A DNA stretch of 64,000 nt from contig JANQPV010000004.1 in assembly GCA_028285305.1 (NCBI GenBank), positions 41,685 to 105,684 of the forward strand, in the 5' to 3' direction. This document shows positions 1 to 10,240 of this stretch, in pieces. A program made the position numbers and the translations under genes. The notes under the pieces are model-generated. The model was not told the origin of the DNA. It did no database searches and saw only the letters and a list, made by a program, of their open reading frames with translations. This DNA comes from Alphaproteobacteria bacterium. GTDB taxonomy: Bacteria > Pseudomonadota > Alphaproteobacteria > SMXP01. Numbering within the stretch: position 1 is the first letter of the stretch; each line of letters begins with the position of its first letter.

Positions 1-126
1 CGCCCCCGGACCACATGGATGCCATCGGGCATCGGTCTTGGCGAGGGCGAGCTTTTCGACGTCGAGGGCTTTATCGGACGTGTCACGATGTCCGTCGCAC
101 TTACCCCGTTTGAGCAGATCGGTTGA
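1..126 (+). CDS. 3' end of a gene truncated by the window edge, possibly an acyl-CoA thioesterase-like protein
   Basis: Frame 1 reads RPRTTWMPSGIGLGEGELFDVEGFIGRVTMSVALTPFEQIG*, ending 6 nt before the next ATG. It resembles the C-terminus of hotdog-fold thioesterases. Confidence 0.45.
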   Translation, partial: RPRTTWMPSGIGLGEGELFDVEGFIGRVTMSVALTPFEQIG

Positions 127-132
127 GCTAAC

Positions 133-1032
133 ATGTTAAAAGGACTCGCTGCCCAACTCGACAAACGCAACTGGCGGGCTCGCATCTCAGACGCACGAAC
201 TGGATTTCCATCAACATCCTGCTCCCATATCGGGTTCTACGAAGACGATGATTGCTTGATCCGGTACCGAAAAGCGGGCCGCGGACCCGCAATGGTCTTT
301 CTCTGTGATGGACCCGCTACGCTTGAGCTTTACGACGCTCTCATTGAGCGATTAGCAAGCCGGTACACGGTCATCGCTTTTGAGACGCCCGGAAACGGTT
401 TCTCCGTCCCAAAACCCGCCTATAGCTTCTCTTTCCAAAGGACCAACAATACAGTTGCTCGTTTTCTAAAAACGATCGCTGGCGAGCGTTCCATTCTTGC
501 GTTTTCCTGCGGGGGCGCTTATTCGGCCATCGACATCGCCGTACGATTCCCGGAACTGTGCAGCCACCTAATCATCATCCAAGCACCGTCTTGGAGCGAA
601 GAGATGAGCTGGAAGAAGAGACGCGACCCCACGGGCGCGATTTCAACGCCGGTGATCGGCCAGATCCTGTTTCCCCGTATGATGAGAGCGCGAGCGCCTC
701 AATGGTACGAGCTCAGCATGGCGAAAACGTCACTGGTCAACCACTTTTGCTCGTGCACGGATATTGCCTTTTCAGAAGGTGCAACATTCGCCTTGCCCAC
801 CCTATTTCAGAACTATTTGGACGGCGCCGCCGCACCATTCGGTCTGGCGGAACAACCCGCCCTTGTCATTTGGGGCGAGCAAGACCGATCACACGAAGAA
901 ACGGACAAGGCATCCGCGAAAGAACTCGCAAAGAATGTGGACATGGTTTCGCTCTCACACGTCGGGCATTTCCCCGAATTGGAAGACCCCGAGAGTTTTG
1001 CAATTCTTGCAGCGGACTTTGCGGAACGTTAG
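133..1032 (+). CDS. alpha/beta fold hydrolase
   Basis: PGNGFS motif, nucleophile elbow AFSCGG, LVIWGEQD, and C-terminal GHFPELEDP. Confidence 0.85.
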   Translation: MLKGLAAQLDKRNWRARISDARTGFPSTSCSHIGFYEDDDCLIRYRKAGRGPAMVFLCDGPATLELYDALIERLASRYTVIAFETPGNGFSVPKPAYSFSFQRTNNTVARFLKTIAGERSILAFSCGGAYSAIDIAVRFPELCSHLIIIQAPSWSEEMSWKKRRDPTGAISTPVIGQILFPRMMRARAPQWYELSMAKTSLVNHFCSCTDIAFSEGATFALPTLFQNYLDGAAAPFGLAEQPALVIWGEQDRSHEETDKASAKELAKNVDMVSLSHVGHFPELEDPESFAILAADFAER

Positions 1033-1044
1033 CGGCGCGCACCC

Positions 1045-2400
1045 TCAAACCCTCAACAATCGCATCCAAACGCCCGCGATCACAAAGGTCGCTCCGTACA
1101 CAGTAAGAATAATGGGGATGCTGATGCTTGGCAAGACCGGCGCCATCACGAACAAGATGTGCAGGGTAATGACGAGGATGGCAATATTGAACACCGCCAG
1201 CTCGCGGGCTACGGGCGTTCGGAAATCGGGATCGAGCAAGCGCAGCAAAAGCAGTCCCGTGCCGGTCGAGCCGCAACAACACCCAAACGCGGCAATCGAG
1301 CGTTCCGGTCCGAAGTCGGCGGACACCCGGCTCATCCCGAAACAGAGCGCAGCTGTCACCACCGTCACCGCAACCGTCACCAGCAGAATCGGCAACCCAA
1401 TAGCGGCAAGGATGGCCACTTCAATGCTCATCACCGTACCAACCACCATGAAGTCGACGGACGCGCCGGTGATCATGCGCTGCGTGTCGTCATCCACAAA
1501 TCGGTCCCATTTCATCGCCTCGATCACCGAGCGGATCACCGCACACACCAACAGACCGTGCACAAAGAAAAGATTATAGGAAAAGAACACATTCATCGGG
1601 ATACCGAACAACGTGGCGTCCCCCACAAGGCCCCGCAAGAGCCCCAACCATTGATACGCGAGCATATAAGCAACCCCTAAAAGCCCGATGTGAAAAGCGA
1701 TGCTCTCCACGTTGCTGGCGTTCGTCACGTGGCGGCCGGTCTCGACCTTCGCATCCGCCGGGTAGAGCCCGCGCAGAAAATCAGGCGTGAGTTCGGCTGT
1801 CGTATTGGCATTGAGATTATGCCGCAACATCCACCGCGCGATTGGCACGCCGATCACAAACGACACCACAAAGCCGAGCGAGGCGTAGATGAGCCCAATC
1901 TTCGCCGCATCTTCGATGGAAAAATTCTCTTGCCAAATCGTGCCGAGCGCAAGCGCTTGACCTGGTCCTTGGGTAAAACCGTGGGCGACGATCATACCGA
2001 GATAGGCGCTGATGTCATCGCCAACAGCGGCATTGTAGGCGAGAATAACGCCGAGCCCCACTAGAGCCTGCATGACCAAGCTCATCGTCCACAGGAGAGC
2101 GAGCCACATCCCGCCTGAAAAATACCGATGCCCTTTGGCTTGTTCCTTTGGCCGGCCGGTCAGCACCAGCGACATAAAACTAAGTGTAAAGAAATGGAAC
2201 GTAAACGGAACAAAGTCGGAGGCGGTATACCCGAACCCAAACCCGGTATTGATCAAAATAAAGCCCAGCGTGCCGCCGATGATGGATGCCGGGATCAAGA
2301 ACGACTGCAACACCGGAACGGTCATCCGCAAGACCGAGCCCGCATAAAGCATGGCCGCCATAAAGGCGAACGCCATCACCCCCGGAAATGTCCCCTCCAT
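1045..2400 (-). CDS. sodium/glutamate symporter (GltS/ESS family)
   Basis: Polytopic membrane protein with IPASIIGG, GFTQGPGQA and FGCCCGSTGTGLLLLR..DP motifs. Start moved to the ATG at 2400 (MEGTF), which has an AGAGG RBS. Confidence 0.85.
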   Translation of the reverse strand: MEGTFPGVMAFAFMAAMLYAGSVLRMTVPVLQSFLIPASIIGGTLGFILINTGFGFGYTASDFVPFTFHFFTLSFMSLVLTGRPKEQAKGHRYFSGGMWLALLWTMSLVMQALVGLGVILAYNAAVGDDISAYLGMIVAHGFTQGPGQALALGTIWQENFSIEDAAKIGLIYASLGFVVSFVIGVPIARWMLRHNLNANTTAELTPDFLRGLYPADAKVETGRHVTNASNVESIAFHIGLLGVAYMLAYQWLGLLRGLVGDATLFGIPMNVFFSYNLFFVHGLLVCAVIRSVIEAMKWDRFVDDDTQRMITGASVDFMVVGTVMSIEVAILAAIGLPILLVTVAVTVVTAALCFGMSRVSADFGPERSIAAFGCCCGSTGTGLLLLRLLDPDFRTPVARELAVFNIAILVITLHILFVMAPVLPSISIPIILTVYGATFVIAGVWMRLLRV

Positions 2401-2658
2401 GAACGTGCCTCTTTTCGTTTCGGCGCACGATATATGCCGGACAGCAGTCTGGCCATCGCTGAATTGAACGACCGACAGCGAATTTGGGATCTTAATCTTC
2501 CTCTTAGTTTCGTTTAGGCTGCAGACGACAGGAGAGACCGGGATACCTGCCGGCCGAAGCAAACAAGTTACCTAAGGCTGGCAAGAAGAAATCGCATCGG
2601 TCGCAGAGGGCAGGATTTGGTTTCAATACAAACAAAGAAAAAAGAGAGGAAAAGCAAA

Positions 2659-3501
2659 ATGGAAGAGTTTACAGGCAGGGTGGGTGTCGTCACAGGCGCC
2701 GCGAGCGGTATCGGTCGCGCGACAGCGGAGCGATTTGCAAGTGAAGGCATGAAGGTTGTTCTGGCAGATATCGAAGAGCCCGCACTCAACGGGGTCGTCA
2801 GCGAATTGAAGGACGCCGGCCATGATGTGATCAGTGTACCAACAGACGTCTCGGATTGGCAAGCCGTTCAGAACCTTGCGGACAAAACCATCAAGGCGTT
2901 TGGAGCGGTCCATGTCGTACACAACAATGCGGGTGTGGTTGTGTCCGGACCCATCGACGAACTCTCCATATCCGACTGGGACTGGGTTCTGGGCGTTGAC
3001 CTATGGAGCGTCATCTACGGCGTCAAAGCGTTTTTGCCGCTGATCAAACAAACGGGCGAGGGTCACATTATCAACACGGCCTCCACCGCGGGTCTTCAGT
3101 CCAACGCGGGGATCGGCCCTTACAACGTCGCCAAATTTGGCGTCGTTGCTCTAACGGAAACCCTCCGGCTTGAACTGGATGCCGCCAACTCTCCCGTCTC
3201 CGCCTCCGTGCTTTGTCCGGGCGCGATCAACACACAGATCGTCGCCAGCAAACGCAACCGCCCCACCGCTTCCGCCGCCGATCACAAACCGAGTGAGATC
3301 GAAAGCTCCTTCGAAAAGAATGCCGGCGCTCTTTTGCAGGAACAGGGCATGGCACCAGAGAAAGTGGCGGATATGATTGTGAACGCTGTCCGAACCAACG
3401 ACTTCTGGATCATCACCCACCCGGAATGGAAGAACGTGATGAAGGAGCGCGTGGCCGCAATGGGCAAAGACAATTCTCTACACAACGGCTTTGGCGGTTA
3501 G
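2659..3501 (+). CDS. short-chain dehydrogenase/reductase
   Basis: TGAASGIG, NNAG and YNVAK motifs; ATG at 2659 after GAGAGGA. Confidence 0.92.
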   Translation: MEEFTGRVGVVTGAASGIGRATAERFASEGMKVVLADIEEPALNGVVSELKDAGHDVISVPTDVSDWQAVQNLADKTIKAFGAVHVVHNNAGVVVSGPIDELSISDWDWVLGVDLWSVIYGVKAFLPLIKQTGEGHIINTASTAGLQSNAGIGPYNVAKFGVVALTETLRLELDAANSPVSASVLCPGAINTQIVASKRNRPTASAADHKPSEIESSFEKNAGALLQEQGMAPEKVADMIVNAVRTNDFWIITHPEWKNVMKERVAAMGKDNSLHNGFGG

Positions 3502-3554
3502 ACAGCTGGCGAGGACGCCTGATTGCCCACCTGGTCGAGAGGTCGGAAAGCCGC

Positions 3555-4049
3555 TCAAATAGCGTGACCTGGAATAGGGCAGTCAGTGCACGTCCGGACG
3601 GAGCAGAGGCGGCAGATGCGGTGTTTTGCCATTTCGGTCTCCGGTAGATTCGTCAGCACCTTTGCAAGCAAATCCCCAAGGATCATCCGCTCGTCGGTCG
3701 AGAGCCCCATAAGGGCCGCTTCCAGGGTTTCGAGACGGCGGTCCATCAGCTTTTGACGCAGCTTGCTGCCCTTTCGAGTCAGATGCAGCGCAACGGCTCG
3801 GCCATCTTCAGCCCTGCGTCGTTCGACAATGCCGTCCTCTTCCAGGCGGTCGATCAAACGCACTGTGCCGGGATGCGAAAGATCGAGAACCTGGCGAAGA
3901 ATTTCAACCGACAGGCCGGGCGCATATCCAAGCACGATGATGGCCGCGGCCGTCTCGCCGGAGCGATCGAATGTCGTTTTCATGTCTGACTTAAGGCGGT
4001 CGGTCAGTCCGAGGGCGAGCGCCCCAAGCAAGTTCGTCGTGCGATCCAT
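3555..4049 (-). CDS. MarR family regulator with a C-terminal Cys cluster (CRLC..C..CP)
   Basis: wHTH segment LSHPGTVRLIDRLEEDGIVERR..DGRA..LT.KG. Start is 4049 or 4073. Confidence 0.88.
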   Translation of the reverse strand: MDRTTNLLGALALGLTDRLKSDMKTTFDRSGETAAAIIVLGYAPGLSVEILRQVLDLSHPGTVRLIDRLEEDGIVERRRAEDGRAVALHLTRKGSKLRQKLMDRRLETLEAALMGLSTDERMILGDLLAKVLTNLPETEMAKHRICRLCSVRTCTDCPIPGHAI

Positions 4050-4059
4050 CTCGTCAATG

Positions 4060-4118
4060 TATGCATAACGCATAGTTTTCGCAACTGTAGGATTGACATA
4101 TATATGCGTCATGCATAT
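4060..4118. promoter_or_regulatory. two TATGC-N5-GCATA palindromes (probable MarR operators) flanking TTGACA
   Basis: TATGCATAACGCATA at 4060-4074, ATATGCGTCATGCATAT at 4102-4118, TTGACA at 4093-4098, all in the divergent marR/VOC intergenic region. Confidence 0.65.
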
Positions 4119-4191
4119 TACATGAGCGAACCGAGTTTTCAACGCGACCCATTTCCGCAAACCACCGCGGCGGATAAAAGGAGACGGTAGA

Positions 4192-4788
4192 ATGCATGAG
4201 CTGGCGAAGGACGCCTCCACCACATTAGCCAATGCCGACGAAGCTCAAGCGGAAGGGAACTATGAGGAACGCGTTTTCTGCGCCGCAGCCCAGCCGACGT
4301 TGCACCATGTCAGTCTGTTCGTCTCGGATCTGGAGGCGTCCATAGTGTTCTATACATCCGGGCTCGGATTGACCTTACGAGAAGAGTTCGACGACATCAT
4401 CGGGCTCCGGGCTTCCGGAGACTTTCCATTCCACGTCGCGAGCATCTTCTTGGAAGCAGGAGACGGGCGCTATGTCGAGCTGCACCCGGCCGGTGACGGT
4501 GCGATGTCGCCGCCTGGATTCCCCATGAATCATCTCGCCCTTGCTGTGGTCGATGTTGATGCCGCATACGATCGGGCGCTCACCGCCGGCGCCACGCCTT
4601 TCGGCTTTACATTGCACACGGAGCATTGGGATGGAGCACCACTTGACGTCATCATGTCCGGGGAGCGTCCCGAGCCCATGCGCATGGCCTTTCTTCAAGG
4701 TCCGAGCGGGGAACTGATCGAACTGTACCAGGCGTCCCCACGGGATTCCATGTCAAGTGAATACAAAAACCATCCGAGGCAAAAATGA
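4192..4788 (+). CDS. VOC/glyoxalase family protein
   Basis: LHHVSLFVSDLEAS..FY, NHLALAVVDVDAAY, AFLQGPSGELIELYQ. Confidence 0.9.
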   Translation: MHELAKDASTTLANADEAQAEGNYEERVFCAAAQPTLHHVSLFVSDLEASIVFYTSGLGLTLREEFDDIIGLRASGDFPFHVASIFLEAGDGRYVELHPAGDGAMSPPGFPMNHLALAVVDVDAAYDRALTAGATPFGFTLHTEHWDGAPLDVIMSGERPEPMRMAFLQGPSGELIELYQASPRDSMSSEYKNHPRQK

Positions 4789-5399
4789 CAGATAGAATTC
4801 GCAGACGCATGCTTATTGGCGCAGGGATTGTGGGAGCAGCCGCACTTGTTGGGCGCAGTAAGGCAAACGCAGCGGAGTTGGATGCCGACGGCTTGAAGCT
4901 CAGCCCCGAAGGCTGGGACGCGGACGCCCCGCCTGAGTTGGACTTCTTATTTGAGGCCCGCGTGAAACTGCATCTCCCCGCTTTGGAAACAGCGCCCATG
5001 TCCGACGGCAATCGCGTGATCTTTCTGGTGAAGGGCGGGACCTTCGAGGGGCCACACCTGCGCGGGCGCGTGGTGCCGGACGCGGGCGCCGACTGGATCC
5101 GCATCCGTCCGGACGGAACCGGCGTGCTGGACGTGCGCTTCTGCCTGGAAACCCATGACAACGCTTTAATCTACGCCCATTGGCAGGGACGCACGTGGTC
5201 AGCGCCTGAAGACGCTCAGTATGCGTTTGATGTGGAAAAGCCGGACGATCCGGCCGGCGCCTGGCGCTACTACTTTCGCTCGGCGCCTTTTTTTGAAACC
5301 GGCGACCCGCGGTATGCCTGGCTTAACAACATTGTTGCTGTGTCCAAGTCCAGAACGGGCGACGGCGGCCCGATCCACCGCGTCTTCGCGGTGAAGTGA
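4785..5399 (+). CDS. DUF3237 family protein with a putative Tat signal
   Basis: GGTFEGP.LRGRV...GADW, LDVR..LETHD, YFRSAPFFETGDPRYAWLN; N-terminal RRR + hydrophobic stretch + ANA; ATGA overlap with the VOC gene. Confidence 0.85.
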   Translation: MTDRIRRRMLIGAGIVGAAALVGRSKANAAELDADGLKLSPEGWDADAPPELDFLFEARVKLHLPALETAPMSDGNRVIFLVKGGTFEGPHLRGRVVPDAGADWIRIRPDGTGVLDVRFCLETHDNALIYAHWQGRTWSAPEDAQYAFDVEKPDDPAGAWRYYFRSAPFFETGDPRYAWLNNIVAVSKSRTGDGGPIHRVFAVK

Positions 5400-5598
5400 A
5401 CAAAGCAGCAGTGCACTTGCCGACTGGAGAGTTTGAATGCGGACGTCTCGCCTCCAGACTTTCGCGATCATCATCCAAGTGAGATCGAATATCGGAACGA
5501 CCACCAGCAACACGCGCCAAGCCACATGGGCTAAACGCTATTCGCAATGGTGTTCACTCAATCCAATTTCTTAAGGGTGTTGTTGATATGAGTCTTCA

Positions 5599-5952
5599 AT
5601 GTCCTTGCTCTTCGCATATGTACTGGTCCCCTTCACCGTCGTTCCCTATTGGGTTCCATTCGTCGCACGAGGCTGGATATCAATTGGGCTTGTCGGACTC
5701 CTTGGAACCTTAGCTTTGGGAATCTCGTCTTATTTGTACACGGGATGTATCCTGACGATTGCTTGTACTCCTCGCGAAGACGCCGCATATTTTCTTCCAA
5801 TCACAGCCACCCTGATGTTTTATACAGGCCTCCTGGTGCGCTCGATCACCATCTTGGATCACGACAAAGCCCAGTACCCCAAAGGCTTGGCGTTCTACGT
5901 TTTTGGATTATTGCTGTTGCTGCTCGGTTTGTACGCTGCAATTCGCTTCTAG
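5599..5952 (+). CDS. hypothetical membrane protein
   Basis: 117 aa with about four hydrophobic segments. Confidence 0.55.
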   Translation: MSLLFAYVLVPFTVVPYWVPFVARGWISIGLVGLLGTLALGISSYLYTGCILTIACTPREDAAYFLPITATLMFYTGLLVRSITILDHDKAQYPKGLAFYVFGLLLLLLGLYAAIRF

Positions 5953-6082
5953 CGTAGGCGACCGCCACACTATTTCGATTAGTGTTAAGAGATTTGACTT
6001 CCTGTGCGTGCTAATTTTAGCGACGAAAGCAGACCTTTTGGCTCAACGATCGAACGTTCGAAATTAGCTGGCTGAGGGCAAA

Positions 6083-7138
6083 TTGACCCCGCGTTCTACA
6101 TCAAGATTGTCGCAAAACCGTGATTCCTCGATCATTCGATGGTCGGTTTCGCTCGCGGTCTTGCTCGGCTCTTTGTTTGGTTCCGAAGTCTCCGCGAACC
6201 CGAAATATCTTTACTTTGAACTTGCTGCGGAGTTTGAGGCGGAGGGAAAACACTGGCTTGAATCGAGAGTTTTGAGGTGCAAATTCCAAAAGGGAAGCGC
6301 GCTGTTCTTTTCGCATCCGACATATAACTCTGGATACAGAATAGACAGGCATCAAGTGTTAGCGGTAGCCCTGCCCTCAGGTGCAGGTGTAATTATTCGC
6401 CCCGTTTCTTTTGATCATCTGTGTGATCGAATTTGGCCTGTTTGGGAGCAGTCTGGAGAACACAAGCTGCCGGAGTCACATCATCAAACAATTGGAAAAT
6501 TCCCTTACATCTATTGGCTGGACGACGCGCATGAGCCTCGCGTGATTGAACAATACACTTCATCAGAACAAGGAGAGGAGTCAGCGGTCCGGGTTAGGTT
6601 CATTGGATTGAAGGCCCGAGCTTTGGCGCACGCCAAGTTATCTAAACCCGCAGATGAGGTGACATGGCTGAAGTCCTGGAAGAAGAAGCACTCGAATGTC
6701 AGCTTTGAGGCTAAATCAGTGCGTTGGATCCCCGAGTCTGTGTGGAGAAATCATCCAATCATTGCCGAACAACTTGCAAGGCAAATCAACTCCACTTCTT
6801 ACTCTATTGGCGAACTAAAGACAGACATCTCATTCAAACGCCTTCCCGCAATCTTACGAAATGCAACTTGGGACGGACAGACACTCAAAGTGGGGAGCGA
6901 TGGTATCGGAAATTGTGACGTTAGTTGCATAAGGTTTGTTGTTCAGCTCGAAACCCCAGATGTTTCCGATGCGAGGGTAAGCGGCAATCAGGGCTCCCAA
7001 AGCCTTTCCGTCGACGGAGAAGACATTGGTTTGACCACAAACGGTCCCATATGGACGCACCAGTTCTTTCAAAGCTCAACAAGAGCACTCATTGTTCCCG
7101 AAGAAAGAGACTTGCATTGGCCCAACCTCACAAGATGA
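6083..7138 (+). CDS. hypothetical protein, probably exported
   Basis: 351-aa ORF with an N-terminal hydrophobic segment ending VSA-N; no motif recognised. Confidence 0.6.
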   Translation: MTPRSTSRLSQNRDSSIIRWSVSLAVLLGSLFGSEVSANPKYLYFELAAEFEAEGKHWLESRVLRCKFQKGSALFFSHPTYNSGYRIDRHQVLAVALPSGAGVIIRPVSFDHLCDRIWPVWEQSGEHKLPESHHQTIGKFPYIYWLDDAHEPRVIEQYTSSEQGEESAVRVRFIGLKARALAHAKLSKPADEVTWLKSWKKKHSNVSFEAKSVRWIPESVWRNHPIIAEQLARQINSTSYSIGELKTDISFKRLPAILRNATWDGQTLKVGSDGIGNCDVSCIRFVVQLETPDVSDARVSGNQGSQSLSVDGEDIGLTTNGPIWTHQFFQSSTRALIVPEERDLHWPNLTR

Positions 7139-7230
7139 GGGAGTCAAAAAATAAGGCCAACTCACAACTCACGATTTTGGCTGATCAGCTTTAGCTAAAT
7201 GCTCCCCGCACGACACTACGTCATATGGTG

Positions 7231-7695
7231 TTAAATGATTTCAGACGTTTCAGGAGATTTGATGCAGTGGGTTGATTCTGAATGGTTGATCCGATCAAAC
7301 CCGCACCGCCCATAGAAGTTCGATGCGGACGACGTGTCGGAACGCAAGCGCACCTCATGAAATTCGCGTTGTGCAGTGATGAGAAGCTTCTGCACCAATG
7401 CCTCGCCAACGCCTCCCCTTCGATACATTTTCAGAACAAAGACATGTCGAATCCGACCTATCTTACAACTTTCAGCGTAAGGATCACGATTCAAGCCACC
7501 AATGCCAATCAATCGCTCGTCAATGAATGCTCCAAGGAGCACCTCACCAAGCCCGTCAAAACGATTGGAGCCATTAAACCATTCCCTCTCAAGCCTTGCT
7601 ATGAAACGAAAACCTTCATGATCTGCATTCGCAATCAATTCTGACATGGGAAGGTGATCGAGCGATATTTGATCAGTTTGAAAAGGAGCGCTCAT
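7231..7695 (-). CDS. GNAT family N-acetyltransferase
   Basis: GIGGLNRDPY, GRIRHVFV..YRRGGVG, FY..CGF. Confidence 0.85.
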   Translation of the reverse strand: MSAPFQTDQISLDHLPMSELIANADHEGFRFIARLEREWFNGSNRFDGLGEVLLGAFIDERLIGIGGLNRDPYAESCKIGRIRHVFVLKMYRRGGVGEALVQKLLITAQREFHEVRLRSDTSSASNFYGRCGFDRINHSESTHCIKSPETSEII

Positions 7696-7737
7696 AAGCT
7701 AAAGGATAACACAAACGCATCCTCTCAGGAGAGGTGA

Positions 7738-7959
7738 ATGAGCAATCCAATCGCAGTCATTGGAACATCATGGCCCAATATTCGGGTGGCTCTTTATCGC
7801 CGCAATGACGGTTTCTATCAGTTCTTCGAAGAACATTGGCGCTGCGATGATAACTCAGACTATCACTGGGTAAGCCTCGGGAAGTCTGGAATCTACGACA
7901 ATTGCGAATTAGCTCGTTGCGACATGATACCCTTCGCGCAAAACATTGAAGAAACTTAG
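7738..7959 (+). CDS. small hypothetical protein
   Basis: 73-aa ORF preceded by a strong RBS (GGAGAGG). Confidence 0.55.
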   Translation: MSNPIAVIGTSWPNIRVALYRRNDGFYQFFEEHWRCDDNSDYHWVSLGKSGIYDNCELARCDMIPFAQNIEET

Positions 7960-8321
7960 CTACACTTTCTTGCGCTAAGACAATGCTGCAAAAACTACGC
8001 CGAATAACACTATCCCTATAGTGTCAAACGTCGGCATTTGGGCACAAGCCAACATCGGCTCCTGCAGGTAAAGCGAAGCCACTGAGCTCGACAAATGTTC
8101 AAGACTATTCCCGAAGACTGTTAAACTTCGCGTTCAAGTTCGCCCGGGAAGCCGCAGACTTCCATCACACAAGAGCACCTGAAACAAGCGATCTTGCGCT
8201 CTTTCCGATGGGCGCATGTGCTACCCACTCCAACATACCGTGGAGGTAGATGCCTAACTAGCGAAGGCCAAAAAAACCAGCTGCCCAGACAATAAAGGGA
8301 TCAGACCCCTTATCACCACAC

Positions 8322-9257
8322 TTACACCATCCTGCGCGACGCCGCCTCGCTGTTCTCCCGCCCAGGCCATTCAGAGTAGCGCAGCGACATCTTAATGGGC
8401 TTGTCGTTCATATCCACCATGTCGATAGTCGTTGCGGGCACCCGGCGCATCTCGTCCTGACCGGCCATATGCACCACACTCACCGGTTCATATGGCGGTC
8501 CATAATCGACAAAGAGATTACGCTCTGTGTCATAGCGCCAGGGATCCGAGTGATAGTTGCACCATTCTGGCAAAGTCTCGTGCGGCAGGCCTTCGTGGTA
8601 ACAGACAATGCCCATAGCGAGCTGATCCGACGTGAACGGACGGCCGCGCTTCAAACACTCATCTTGCCAATATTGCATCCGCGCCCAATGAGGCGCATCC
8701 CGGTGGAGCGCATAGACCCCGGCATTCAGCGTTGCCCTGAGCGCCATGGAATCCACAATCGAACTGGGCAGGCGCGCTTTAATCGCATTTTTGAGAAGAA
8801 TGTTCCGTGGCTGGCCCACATGCTTTCGGAAGAGCCACCGCATCGAAATCGTCTGGGCCTCATAGCGGTTGGCCTGTGAAACAATCGCCAGCTTCTTTTT
8901 GTTGGAGGCCGACAGCAAAAGCGGGATCACATCCCATGTCTGCAGCCAGGCATCTCCGTCTATCCAGATGACAGTCTCATAATCAGGGAACAAACGATTA
9001 AGGTGGGGTTTCCACATATTGGAAAGGAGCCGCAGCTGACCCTCGCACTTTGCTTCGGAAAAGACTGTCGGCCATTTCGTCTCGGTCACTTGAACGCTGA
9101 GCTCAGCACACCGGTTTAGTTGCGCCTCGTCAAATCCCCCATTGATGAGAGCAAGGGGCGCCTCGGGGTCGAGGCGGCGCACTGACAGGCAGAGTTCCTC
9201 AAGCAGCGGGAAGTAGCCGTGATCCCCCCCCGAAACGATGACAAAGCCTTTGGTCAT
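8322..9257 (-). CDS. putative glycosyltransferase (GT-A fold, GT8-like)
   Basis: DxD motif WIDGDAW, LNAGV, DQ.A and VVH motifs; 28 nt downstream of parB. Confidence 0.7.
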   Translation of the reverse strand: MTKGFVIVSGGDHGYFPLLEELCLSVRRLDPEAPLALINGGFDEAQLNRCAELSVQVTETKWPTVFSEAKCEGQLRLLSNMWKPHLNRLFPDYETVIWIDGDAWLQTWDVIPLLLSASNKKKLAIVSQANRYEAQTISMRWLFRKHVGQPRNILLKNAIKARLPSSIVDSMALRATLNAGVYALHRDAPHWARMQYWQDECLKRGRPFTSDQLAMGIVCYHEGLPHETLPEWCNYHSDPWRYDTERNLFVDYGPPYEPVSVVHMAGQDEMRRVPATTIDMVDMNDKPIKMSLRYSEWPGRENSEAASRRMV

Positions 9258-9285
9258 GGCCCCACCCTAACCTCGCGGGGCTTTT

Positions 9286-10194
9286 CTAGCTTCCCGCGGA
9301 CAGCAACCTGCAGATTTCATCCAGCTGTTCAAGAGACTTGTAAGCAATCCGCACCGATCCGCCTTCAGAGCCCGGCTTGGAATCAATCAGCACCTTCAAG
9401 CCGATCGTGGTTGAAAGATTGTCCTCCAGGGCCAAGGTATCTGCATCCTTTTCAACCGGCACCGGCCTTGGCTTTTGGCTCTCGTCTTTGCCGCCCTTTT
9501 TGAGGTCCCGAACGAGCGCCTCGGTCTGGCGGACATTCAGACCCTCGTCCACCACCATCTTGGCAACCGCCTCCAAATTCTCCAGGCCAATGAGCGCGCG
9601 CGCATGCCCGGCCGACAACTGACCTTCAAAGAGCAGGCGCTGCAAATTTTCCGGCAGTCCCAGCAAACGCAAAAGATTGGCGATATGACTGCGGCTCTTC
9701 CCGACCACCTGCGCCAACTTTTCCTGGGTATGGTCAAACTCGTCAATCAAGGCTTGATAGGCCCGCGCCTCTTCTATCGGATTTAAATCCGACCGCTGAA
9801 CGTTTTCAATGAGAGACAGCTCAAACGTTTCTTGATCCGTCAGATTCTTGACCAAGACTGGAACCTTATGCAGGCCCGCCTTTTGCGAAGCGCGCCATCG
9901 CCGCTCGCCCGCAACGATCTGAAAGGAATCCGCCGCATCTGCCACCGGTCTTACGATGATAGGCTGCAAGACCCCCTTCTCCCGGATCGAAGACGTCAGC
10001 TCATTAATTTCCACATCGTCGAATTGACGGCGCGGCTGATAGGGATTGGGCTGCAGGAACTCAATCGGCAACTCCTGGGCGGAGCTGGGCATCTTCGGTT
10101 CTGGCGCGTCTTGGCTGTCCGGATCGAACTCCGTATCGCCGAGCAAGACGGCAAGCCCGCGCCCCAACCTTTTTTGTTTTGCTTGTTCTGCCAT
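9286..10194 (-). CDS. parB: chromosome partitioning protein ParB
   Basis: LGRGL, PNPYQPR, GVLQPI, AGERRWRA, ENVQRSDLNPIEEA, HTH GKSRSHIAN. Confidence 0.97.
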   Translation of the reverse strand: MAEQAKQKRLGRGLAVLLGDTEFDPDSQDAPEPKMPSSAQELPIEFLQPNPYQPRRQFDDVEINELTSSIREKGVLQPIIVRPVADAADSFQIVAGERRWRASQKAGLHKVPVLVKNLTDQETFELSLIENVQRSDLNPIEEARAYQALIDEFDHTQEKLAQVVGKSRSHIANLLRLLGLPENLQRLLFEGQLSAGHARALIGLENLEAVAKMVVDEGLNVRQTEALVRDLKKGGKDESQKPRPVPVEKDADTLALEDNLSTTIGLKVLIDSKPGSEGGSVRIAYKSLEQLDEICRLLSAGS

Positions 10195-10240
10195 TTAGTC
10201 CGTATGCCCTTCAGTTAAACGCAAGTTGGGAGCTGCTCCG

